Shown here in pieces: positions 58,001 through 64,000 of a stretch of DNA of 64,000 bases. Within the stretch, counting starts at the first letter, position 1. Every line of letters starts with the position of its first letter. The notes below the pieces were generated by a model. It worked only from the letters and a program-made list of their open reading frames with translations, made no database searches and was not told the origin of the DNA. The translations under genes were made by a program, and so were the position numbers. Source of the stretch: an uncultured virus (IMG/VR IMGVR_UViG_3300010885_008506) (lineage: Duplodnaviria > Heunggongvirae > Uroviricota > Caudoviricetes); the IMG/VR virus record IMGVR_UViG_3300010885_008506, positions 1 to 64,000 of that record, one strand, 5' to 3'.

Positions 58001-59912
58001 CAACCCAGTTAGACTAACATTTAATAAGGGTCATGCCTTTGGAGATACTACTTCGATGAGACTATCTGCTGTAGGCGGAATGAACGAAGTTAATGGCAAT
58101 CGTTACTATGCACGTTTCTTTAATACTACAGAAGTTGAACTGTTCAATGACGTTAAACTAACAGATCCTGTTGATGGAACACTGTTTGGTTCATACACCA
58201 GCGGCGGCCAGGCAGAAACAGACAGCTTCTATTATGTACGAAAGATAGATGGCGACAGCATTGATCTGTATCTTGATCGTGCGCTAACACAACCAGTTGA
58301 TGCAACTAACTGGGGTTCGTATATTACCGGTGGTATTGCTGGAACTGGCGCATTACCAGTAAGCCCATACGTACACAACTGCTCCAGTATCACTACAACT
58401 GGCACAGGTATGCGTGTTGACGGTAACTTGAGTACTGGATTGAAGTCTATGGTCCTCGACTCGTTTACCCAAATTAACGAAGGTGGTAACGGGATTGAAA
58501 TCATCAACCGCGGTTACGCACAGCTCGTATCCATTTACACCATTTGTACTGACATTGGTATTTTGTGTAAGGGCGGCGGCTTCTGTTCCGTTGCTAACAG
58601 TGACAGCAGCTTTGGTACATACGCACTAGTTGCGGATGGATTAAGTGAAGTATTGTATTCGGGTGTAACAGACGGCGACTTGCAAACAGGCAAGGCTATC
58701 AACCTTAAGGGGCTAACGCACCGTCCAAACTATGGCGATGCGATGGACGTCACTAGTGAATTAATTGTCGCAGACGCATATATCGTAGCAGCTAGTGCAA
58801 CTATTAACGATCCTGGCACAGGTTATAAGCCGGGCGATTTGATGGAACTCGACGGCATAGTAGGCACTTCGCCAAAGTTCCGCGTATCAACAGTTAAGAT
58901 TGTTAGCGCATCCGTTAATACCTTAGTATCGGGGTCACTTGCAATAGGTGATAGATTTACGTTCTCTAAGGGATATAGTACATCTGCTGTGCTTGAAGTA
59001 GCAACAGTTACGCCATCGGTTACATTTACTATTATCGAAGCTGGCGTTAAGAACACGGGAGTAACAGCTCTAACAAATATTAGTCCCGATATCTCGTCAT
59101 CGGCTGCTGTAATAACAGTGGATCTGGTGTACGGAATTGAATCGGTCGGAGTTGCAGCACCATTTTATGGCGAACTAATAGAAACTCCATCAAACCCATC
59201 TGTTACTATAACATCTACTGGTATTGGCGTAGATGCACTGCTAGACGTAATTTATTCGGTACGCTTGACTTTTGACGATCCGCACTACTTTAGGGGCGAC
59301 GAGCAGATTGTAGCTAGTGGGTTTACGGGTAGTAATAATCAATCGTTGCTAAACGGTAATACGTATTTTATCAAATTAACTAACAATGCGTACAAAGCAG
59401 ATCTACACATAGACTCTGCTCTAGCACTGGGAGTTGATACATCACTGTATACTGCATCATATGATGGTGGTGGCACCGCTACACTACACGACTACTATAC
59501 CGTAGTAACAGCAACAGAAGGACCAGTTGCAACTGCAGGCACATACGAAGGATTACGTCAAAGTCAGATTGGACTAGAAATTGCTGTTAAGCGTCCAATT
59601 GTAGATGAATCTGCAGTTGAGTTCCGCCAACGTAGTATTGTATCGTCCTCGGGCCATACATTTGAGTACATTGGTTCGGGAAATATACTAAGTACAGCAA
59701 CACCAGAAGCGGGTGCTTATCCAATTGCAGCCAACGAAGTAGTTGAGCTGCGTGGAGGTAAAGCATACTTTACTGGAACTAACGAACAAGGCGACTTTAA
59801 AATCGGTACTGAACTGGTAATTAATCGCGATACTGGTACAATCTCTGGTAGAACATTTAACAAGAGTTTGTTCGCAGTACTAACGCCATACATATTGGCA
59901 CTCGAGGGATAA
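52095..59912 (+). CDS. Large (2605 aa) virion fibre/structural protein: beta-helix core interrupted by CxRD helical repeats and small beta modules
   Basis: N-terminal IQMKRS.TPGKVPT...GEFGINTYDGK; FYVSKSGND..DG...TIKSA; IFVKSGDY.E; SPYVHNCS...DSFTQ; C-terminal SSGHTFEYIGSG and GDFKIG. Confidence 0.75.
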   Translation: MATFNLIQMKRSATPGKVPTTQDLSLGEFGINTYDGKVFIKKDDGTPSIVEVGVRGATAVQNVFYVSKSGNDANDGKSLDKSKLTIKSAVAATRALVATATATVANGSITALYVTNPGAGYELPLIPTVTIFGDGTGARAVPIISSGSVIGFTILDRGIDYTYADVYITPAGAGRTGAGSTIFVKSGDYTEDNPIYIPAGVSIVGDSLRSVTIRPQNTTLDLFWVNNKSYFTEMTFRDHKAPAAIIAFPSVDITGIENTNPARVTFSGVFIYDRVKCSRDVGLIVDALAQDIKFPGLDGTSQSMFAGLQYWTQSGYSIPNVYPTSEVTATLGALAQLKLEIAALLGPVMTITTDSLVDVIINILNGTTNPATVTDLIVPNGTTAITATDVVNAYADIQAAKTTIIDNIINWINTVGAPGITYDEALCRRDLGYIIDSVCYDLLYGGNRQVIQNGIYYLGFSETDTAIPGEIPQVTAAYNYLKSIVPLVIEGTAIASPRQTKVVQVTTGSNGTVTQSNLATSNIDMILDIINTGPAAYVTAGTRTPIGLVAASGNATNAYNKLIANRDFLRAEVIAYIDQETISFDRAKCYRDLGLIVDSIATDVTFTDRTQTTFAGIQYWSQAALASSSEINPGEIAATINAYTYLKAIALDIIQDISTHVLYTPVSYPRVTAASIPTSAVTDPTVISAISDNFDLLLDILTDGNTNNVTERIISSGLIIAGNTTQQYHAALLLNANTDFFKEQVTLRIANQFPLLVYNTATCERDVQYVTSCISRDNLFGGNRQTVQAAVYYYSYLAASTVPTEIQQIEKAYKYIKILASYIIRGLPMPYVYQTGELQDFVTASGVGTLTQVTVAQNLVDYMLGIINDKTTADAPGYAGISEFSTTYRRAGEQLLANKEFIKAEVVAYLEGYTYNRTTCSRDTGLIVDALVQDLLFDGDSQSTFAAIQYWSQTAERSIPAGEIAATVAAIDFVITQTNALSIRTADKTNIENGFDLIRNLLDETVNVATITSGIVPNSIEPDRDAQAAYDALQAAKATIIDDTIADIAGTFPSFDQPITGATAASPVVLTITGHAFADGDSIRINNIEGMVELNGNRYYTKNTGANTVELYLDATLLTALDGTGFTAYETGGYADTQTAAKCRRDLGYMIDSVSFDLLYNADPTNTVQSNRQAVQSGVYYWNHSTTVSIVPGEKPIVTAAYDYIKTLSSYIVEGREVPTVYGTVPQVMPEGPMAIGTTQDVNKITDKLDLMINIINAGPSVAPNPEPISLARIGSFNYNRTKCSRDLGLIVDAIAQDIKFPGTSGDSQTVFAGLQYWTQNDGYSISNIAPSAEVAATVGALVQLKAQITAVAAATSATTDELIDLIINIINRIIDPADVTDLIIPNDAIANTGAIATAYAAIQSAKTTIRANIVTWVNTNYPALVYNSTTCSRDVGFIIDSVCYDLLYNGNRQAIQSGIYYLGFSSTDSAVAGEIPQVTAAYTYLKSILPSIIEGTPLATTYQTDVAQVTSGSSGTPTQSTLAADAVDIILDIINNGPGTYLDAGTRTPIGLVAAGGNANNTYTRLQANRDFIRAEVIAYIDTTVVTYDHLKCSRDLGLIVDALAQDLKFPGLDGNSQSMFAGLQYWTQADGYSVPDGSPSEKAATLDALAYLKSQVAGLAGVTIDSTTNALFDTIIDILDGTTPPASVTDLIVPNGTTASVVTAVTDAYAAIQTAKATLPAATVAYIQGLPAYSGLVFDTGLCERDVGYILDSISYDVLYGGNRQAIQSGIYYLNFSSTVTAIPNEVPQVTAAYEYLKSIIPSIVTGTPVATLYQTEVAQVISGSSGAGAAASVQANVDLILDIIINGPNAYITPGTRTPIGLVAETNATILNAYNKLVANRSFLRAEIIAYIDYVLQQKYQTTANAAYLLNANRAFIVSELIGFTDENYAIQHPYSSGDTISIRQVVGMTEVNNGYIHQITNATNTNPVRLTFNKGHAFGDTTSMRLSAVGGMNEVNGNRYYARFFNTTEVELFNDVKLTDPVDGTLFGSYTSGGQAETDSFYYVRKIDGDSIDLYLDRALTQPVDATNWGSYITGGIAGTGALPVSPYVHNCSSITTTGTGMRVDGNLSTGLKSMVLDSFTQINEGGNGIEIINRGYAQLVSIYTICTDIGILCKGGGFCSVANSDSSFGTYALVADGLSEVLYSGVTDGDLQTGKAINLKGLTHRPNYGDAMDVTSELIVADAYIVAASATINDPGTGYKPGDLMELDGIVGTSPKFRVSTVKIVSASVNTLVSGSLAIGDRFTFSKGYSTSAVLEVATVTPSVTFTIIEAGVKNTGVTALTNISPDISSSAAVITVDLVYGIESVGVAAPFYGELIETPSNPSVTITSTGIGVDALLDVIYSVRLTFDDPHYFRGDEQIVASGFTGSNNQSLLNGNTYFIKLTNNAYKADLHIDSALALGVDTSLYTASYDGGGTATLHDYYTVVTATEGPVATAGTYEGLRQSQIGLEIAVKRPIVDESAVEFRQRSIVSSSGHTFEYIGSGNILSTATPEAGAYPIAANEVVELRGGKAYFTGTNEQGDFKIGTELVINRDTGTISGRTFNKSLFAVLTPYILALEG
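52905..57890 (+). repeat. Five tandem copies of a two-part (~300 aa) coding repeat, each half with a CxRD motif
   Basis: Ten CxRD motifs alternating CxRDxGLIVD and CxRDxG(Y/F)xxD types; a 35-nt exact DNA repeat at 52995..53029 and 56946..56980. Confidence 0.85.
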
Positions 59913-59915
59913 TAC

Positions 59916-60263
59916 ATGGCTTCCACTATACCTTTAAATACGTTTAAAACTGTTGCTTCTGCAATAACTACGGCAGACGTAGACATCTATACTGCACCTG
60001 TAGGCATTACTACTATTATATTGATGGCGCAAGTCTCTAATATGAACGTAGGAACCCCGCTTGATAAATGGGTAAGTGCTGCTCACAATGATGGCTCCAC
60101 AATGAGATATTTGGTACGCGAATTTGGAGTCCCACCAAACGACAGTGTAAGTGTATTAACTGGTAAATTAGTATTGGAATCAGGACAAAGTATCACTATG
60201 TCGGCAGAGGATAACGACTATCTAGAAGTTGTGTTAAGCATACTAGAAACATCAAACGAATAA
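59916..60263 (+). CDS. Small virion-associated protein
   Basis: 115 aa; IYTAP.G.TTIIL.AQVSN...GKLVLESG; lies between two fibre genes. Confidence 0.6.
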   Translation: MASTIPLNTFKTVASAITTADVDIYTAPVGITTIILMAQVSNMNVGTPLDKWVSAAHNDGSTMRYLVREFGVPPNDSVSVLTGKLVLESGQSITMSAEDNDYLEVVLSILETSNE

Positions 60264-60264
60264 T

Positions 60265-62406
60265 ATGGCCAAATTACTTACAACACTTAGCGGTAGAGTT
60301 AAAAAGGTAGCTGCAACGACTGCTGGCTATCCTCTAGCAGCGGACCCAACATGGATCAGTCTAAGAGAAGCTGAACCAAATTTAGGCGTACCTCCGGGCG
60401 TAAGTTATGTTTTGTCCAGTGATATAACTGGAACAAGATTTTGGACTCCAGCGATAGGCGATGTTGGCCCACAGGGCCCACAAGGCTTTACTGGATCAAT
60501 AGGGTTTACCGGATCACGTGGACCACAAGGTCCACAAGGATTCACTGGTAGTAAAGGTCCACAAGGATTCACTGGTAGTATTGGACCACAGGGTGTAGGA
60601 TTCACTGGATCTCGCTCTACTGTAGAAGGATTTACTGGATCAATAGGATACACCGGATCTCGCTCTACGGTAGAAGGATACACTGGATCAATAGGATTTG
60701 TTGGATCACGTGGTCCACAAGGCTTCACTGGTTCAGTTGGATTTGTTGGTAGTACTGGATCAGGTTTCACTGGATCAATTGGCCCACAAGGCTTTACTGG
60801 TTCGATTGGTGCAGGCTTTACTGGCTCGCAGTCAACTACACTTGGTTACACTGGCTCAACAGGCCCACAAGGCCCAGTTGGTTTTGTTGGAAGCTTGGGA
60901 ACTGGTTTTACTGGATCTAGAGGCGCAGGCGCGCAAGGCCCGCAAGGTCCGTTGGGTTTTACTGGATCAATTGGTCCAACAGGACCACAAGGTTTTGCTG
61001 GATCGGTGGGCGGCACAGGTGGTTCAGGATACACGGGCAGTGCAAGTACAGTATCAGGTCCACAAGGCTACACTGGTAGTATTGGATATACCGGCAGCAT
61101 CGGTGTACAAGGTCCACAAGGCTACACCGGTTCACGCGGCGCAGGGGCGCAGGGCCCGCAAGGATTCAATGGCTCACAAGGTTTTGTTGGCAGTGTTGGT
61201 CCACAAGGACCACAAGGACCACAAGGTCCACAAGGACCAATTGGCTATACAGGATCGCGTGGTTTTGTTGGTTCAGTTGGTGCACAAGGTCCGCAAGGAT
61301 ACACTGGCAGCATTGGCTTTACCGGCTCAGTTGGGGCACAAGGACCACAGGGCTATGTTGGCTCAGCTGGTAATACAGGCTCACAAGGTGTTGATGGTGC
61401 ACAAGGTCCACAAGGCTATACAGGTAGCACGGGCGCACAAGGTCCACAAGGATATGTTGGCAGCATTGGCGCACAAGGTCCACAAGGTCCACAGGGCTAC
61501 ACCGGCTCTAGGGGCGCAACTGGCGCACAAGGTCCACAAGGTCCAACTGGCTTTACCGGATCAGCGAGCATTGGATTCAGTGGAAGTGGTGTAGTTGGAG
61601 CACAAGGTCCACAGGGCTACACTGGTAGCCTTGGCTATGCTGGTAGTGTTGGATCAACAAATCCAAATGCTGATTTATTAGATGGGTATGACAGCTCAGA
61701 ATTTGCTTTACTTGCAAGAGTAGAAAACAAATTCTCAGGCGACCTAAGAGTGTACATTGGTACAAACGTTAATAATGGTAGAATATATTTTACCGAGACC
61801 CAGCAAACATATCTAGCATATAATAGTTCAGACTGGGTAGTTAAGAGAAATGGCGGTTTACTCGACGATACTGTATGGGATTCTGGTAACGATGGTGCGG
61901 GTTCGGGCCTAAACGCAGACTTATTAGATAGTTACCAAGGCTCACATGTTCTGTCTCACGTAAATGCAACTAATACAACAATTACAGGTAGTACATATTA
62001 TCCTGTAGTAGTAAGCACTAGTGGATCAAATACATTTGCTCGTGTAGACACTACAAACTTTAGCATTCAAAGTGGTACACTATATGCTACAGACTTTGCT
62101 TCTACATCGGATGCAAGACTTAAGGATGTAGTTGGATACCTAGGTAGTTCACTAGATCGTGTTAAGAGTATTAGTGGTGTAAACTACTACTGGAACGAAG
62201 CAGCTAAGAATCAAGGTATACTTGACAAGAAGTTGCAAGTTGGTGTTTTAGCACAAGAAGTGCAAAAGATACTACCAGAAGCGGTACACGAGCACGATGG
62301 TAGACTACATGTAGTGTACGATAAGTTGATTGCACTGTTAATTGAAGCTATAAAGGAACTTGACGCTAAGATAGAAAACAAAGGCTGCAACTGTAGCTGC
62401 AAATAA
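60265..62406 (+). CDS. Collagen-like tail fibre with C-terminal intramolecular chaperone (peptidase S74-like)
   Basis: About 400 aa of G-X-Y repeats (GPQ, GFT/GYT-GS); two NADLLD motifs; SDARLKD...[15 protein letters not shown]...[15 protein letters not shown]. Confidence 0.85.
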   Translation: MAKLLTTLSGRVKKVAATTAGYPLAADPTWISLREAEPNLGVPPGVSYVLSSDITGTRFWTPAIGDVGPQGPQGFTGSIGFTGSRGPQGPQGFTGSKGPQGFTGSIGPQGVGFTGSRSTVEGFTGSIGYTGSRSTVEGYTGSIGFVGSRGPQGFTGSVGFVGSTGSGFTGSIGPQGFTGSIGAGFTGSQSTTLGYTGSTGPQGPVGFVGSLGTGFTGSRGAGAQGPQGPLGFTGSIGPTGPQGFAGSVGGTGGSGYTGSASTVSGPQGYTGSIGYTGSIGVQGPQGYTGSRGAGAQGPQGFNGSQGFVGSVGPQGPQGPQGPQGPIGYTGSRGFVGSVGAQGPQGYTGSIGFTGSVGAQGPQGYVGSAGNTGSQGVDGAQGPQGYTGSTGAQGPQGYVGSIGAQGPQGPQGYTGSRGATGAQGPQGPTGFTGSASIGFSGSGVVGAQGPQGYTGSLGYAGSVGSTNPNADLLDGYDSSEFALLARVENKFSGDLRVYIGTNVNNGRIYFTETQQTYLAYNSSDWVVKRNGGLLDDTVWDSGNDGAGSGLNADLLDSYQGSHVLSHVNATNTTITGSTYYPVVVSTSGSNTFARVDTTNFSIQSGTLYATDFASTSDARLKDVVGYLGSSLDRVKSISGVNYYWNEAAKNQGILDKKLQVGVLAQEVQKILPEAVHEHDGRLHVVYDKLIALLIEAIKELDAKIENKGCNCSCK
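60465..61655 (+). repeat. Collagen-coding tandem repeats (GGTCCACAA / GGxTTxACTGGx units)
   Basis: Many 9- and 18-nt units; longer duplicated block GGATCTCGCTCTACxGTAGAAGGAT at ~60607 and ~60655. Confidence 0.85.
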
Positions 62407-62408
62407 AA

Positions 62409-62432
62409 TAAAGCCCCTTAATTGGGGCTTTA
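62409..62432. terminator. Probable bidirectional terminator
   Basis: TAAAGCCCC-TTAATT-GGGGCTTTA between the convergent fibre and thyX genes. Confidence 0.75.
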
Positions 62433-62434
62433 CT

Positions 62435-63265
62435 TTATCGCTTATTACGTGCTATCGCAGCACCCCATTTTTCGTTAAACTCTCGCCATTCTCTTGCACC
62501 CATACTGTAGTATGTTGCATCATTGCGGAATATACCACTGATCAGATCATCTACAGCTCGTACTTCACCTGCACTGAGTGTTACAGCATTAAATCTGTAA
62601 TCTTCAAAAGCTTCGCATGCAATCGGCAAGCGGGACTTGACCATATTGTACATAGCAGTAGCATAGTCGCAAATCTCTTCCTGCGCATGATTATCCATAC
62701 GCAAGCGAATGTAGTGAAAGAAATTGTGTAGGTCAATCTTCCAATACATTTCGGTATAGTTAGCAACAGGTAACACAATACGTGCCAGTTCCCGTGTAGT
62801 GTCTACATTGGGATCAATCATGTGTCGATATTCTCTGTGTGCCTTTTCAAACGTTGAGGACATGGCGTGTTGTACACTTTCCGCTTCAGCTACAGTATAA
62901 GTGCCATCTCGCCCTTGCTTGTTGACTAAACTTTGAGGTTTGATTTTATCTAACGGGGGTAAGTAAAAATCATCGCTCATTACACTGTATCTGCCACTGT
63001 ACTCGTTCACGCTAGCGGTACGATGACGTAGGTGCTGGCGTGCTATGAAGATTGGCATCTTGAGTGCAAATTTAAGTTCAACCATCTCAAACGGGGTGGT
63101 ATGCCAATGGCGCATTAGATAGCGAATCAATCCTCGATCGTCGCTAATACTTTTAGTACCTTTGCCGTAACTAATACGGGCAGCATCTGCAATATCGTGA
63201 TCACTGCCCATAAAGTCCATTAGTACAACACGCCCATGCTCGTGAACCTTAATCTCTTCAATCAT
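62435..63265 (-). CDS. thyX: Flavin-dependent thymidylate synthase
   Basis: AARISY, HTTPFE, IFIARQHLRHRTASVNEYSGRY (RHRx7SxR), RELARIVLP, LRMDNHAQEEI. Confidence 0.95.
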   Translation of the reverse strand: MIEEIKVHEHGRVVLMDFMGSDHDIADAARISYGKGTKSISDDRGLIRYLMRHWHTTPFEMVELKFALKMPIFIARQHLRHRTASVNEYSGRYSVMSDDFYLPPLDKIKPQSLVNKQGRDGTYTVAEAESVQHAMSSTFEKAHREYRHMIDPNVDTTRELARIVLPVANYTEMYWKIDLHNFFHYIRLRMDNHAQEEICDYATAMYNMVKSRLPIACEAFEDYRFNAVTLSAGEVRAVDDLISGIFRNDATYYSMGAREWREFNEKWGAAIARNKR

Positions 63266-63602
63266 CCTTTGATCCTTTAAGCAAAATTCTAACGTGTTCG
63301 GATATGTCGGAATGAAGTTCGTCTAGATCAATAACAAACTCAACAGCAGATATATCACCTATCTCTTCACAAACTCTCTCAATCAATGATTCAACATGTT
63401 CGTCATTATGATTCTTAAGTTCGTATAAATGTATCTTACCATTCTTAGCGTGGAAGCGAATATCATTTACATATTCTAAAGGAACTTTTTCAATACTAAT
63501 TTGACTGAGTGTTCGCTTCCACTGCTCTGCTGTTGAGCCTACAAACTTAACCCACCGTTGCAGTCTTGGGCGGCCTGCCCCGCTTTTTTTGGTCTTTGAC
63601 AT
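63258..63602 (-). CDS. Hypothetical protein
   Basis: 114-aa ORF overlapping both neighbours in the same orientation as thyX; start uncertain. Confidence 0.55.
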   Translation of the reverse strand: MSKTKKSGAGRPRLQRWVKFVGSTAEQWKRTLSQISIEKVPLEYVNDIRFHAKNGKIHLYELKNHNDEHVESLIERVCEEIGDISAVEFVIDLDELHSDISEHVRILLKGSKDD

Positions 63603-63999
63603 CAGTTACAGTAGTTGTAGTTGCAGTACTTGCTGCAAGTTGACGCAGTCTAGCTGCTTCCCTTTCATGGAACTCTGCTTGCATTAGCAATACATTATCG
63701 TTGGCAGCAGCTGGTACTACTGGTGTTGATACTATTGCTGCTAGTTCGTCTGAAACTAGATTTCCGTAGAAAGGCTTTGATAGCATGTCTGCGTCCACTT
63801 TTTTCACATCAGTCTTGTTTAGAAGAATCTGATTAACTTCGTTTAGTGGAACAGATGTAGAAACATTAGGGGTTAGCAACACATTTTTAGTGTTAACTTT
63901 CTTAATGAATCCTTTAGAATGCAATACGTTTAGGATGTTATTACCATCACTAAAGAATCTACGACCTAATAGGTCTGCTAGATCAGCCGATTGCTGTCC
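63547..63999 (-). CDS. Hypothetical protein, 5'-truncated by the window edge
   Basis: The frame stays open to the window end (GQQSADLADLLGRRFFSDGNNILNVLHSKGFIKKV...); C-terminal KKRGRPPK is AT-hook-like. Confidence 0.65.
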   Translation of the reverse strand, partial: GQQSADLADLLGRRFFSDGNNILNVLHSKGFIKKVNTKNVLLTPNVSTSVPLNEVNQILLNKTDVKKVDADMLSKPFYGNLVSDELAAIVSTPVVPAAANDNVLLMQAEFHEREAARLRQLAASTATTTTVTDVKDQKKRGRPPKTATVG

Positions 64000-64000
64000 T

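Noticed and set aside
60465..61655. CRISPR-like array, or the 298-aa alternative-frame ORF (60698..61594), in the repeat region
   Set aside because: The repeats are in-frame collagen codons without unique spacers; the alternative ORF is a by-product of the repeats.
1..64000. Stop-codon reassignment
   Set aside because: Very long ORFs are intact in the standard code, and TAA, TAG and TGA all end well-supported genes.

Overview
This 64 kb window is part of the virion morphogenesis region of a large T4-related (myovirus-type) tailed phage, read in the standard genetic code. From 1 to ~31.2 kb (minus strand) are three paralogous fibre proteins, a 4802-aa baseplate protein, gp6-, gp25- and gp5/VgrG-like proteins, a hub protein with an embedded GH19 lysozyme domain, and gp53-like and tail-tube-initiator-like genes. 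A plus-strand island follows with gp55 (late sigma factor), gp47, gp46, a small basic protein and small coupled paralogues. The accessory region at 36-39.2 kb holds a kinase-like protein and a HExxH protein (both with T4-type capsid-targeting N-termini), a ~500-nt densely structured non-coding segment, a stand-alone GIY-YIG gene and a gp26/gp51-like pair joined by a likely -1 frameshift. To the right are a tape measure gene, the head module (portal, core proteins, protease, scaffold, major capsid), a glycosyltransferase/FkbM pair, a 2605-aa nested-domain repeat protein, a collagen-like fibre and thyX. The strongest leads are the candidate large structured RNA beside the GIY-YIG gene, the frameshift, the putative ejected kinase/peptidase pair and ten phycobiliprotein-like CxRD repeats. 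All assignments come from motifs read by eye; no database searches or folding programs were run.
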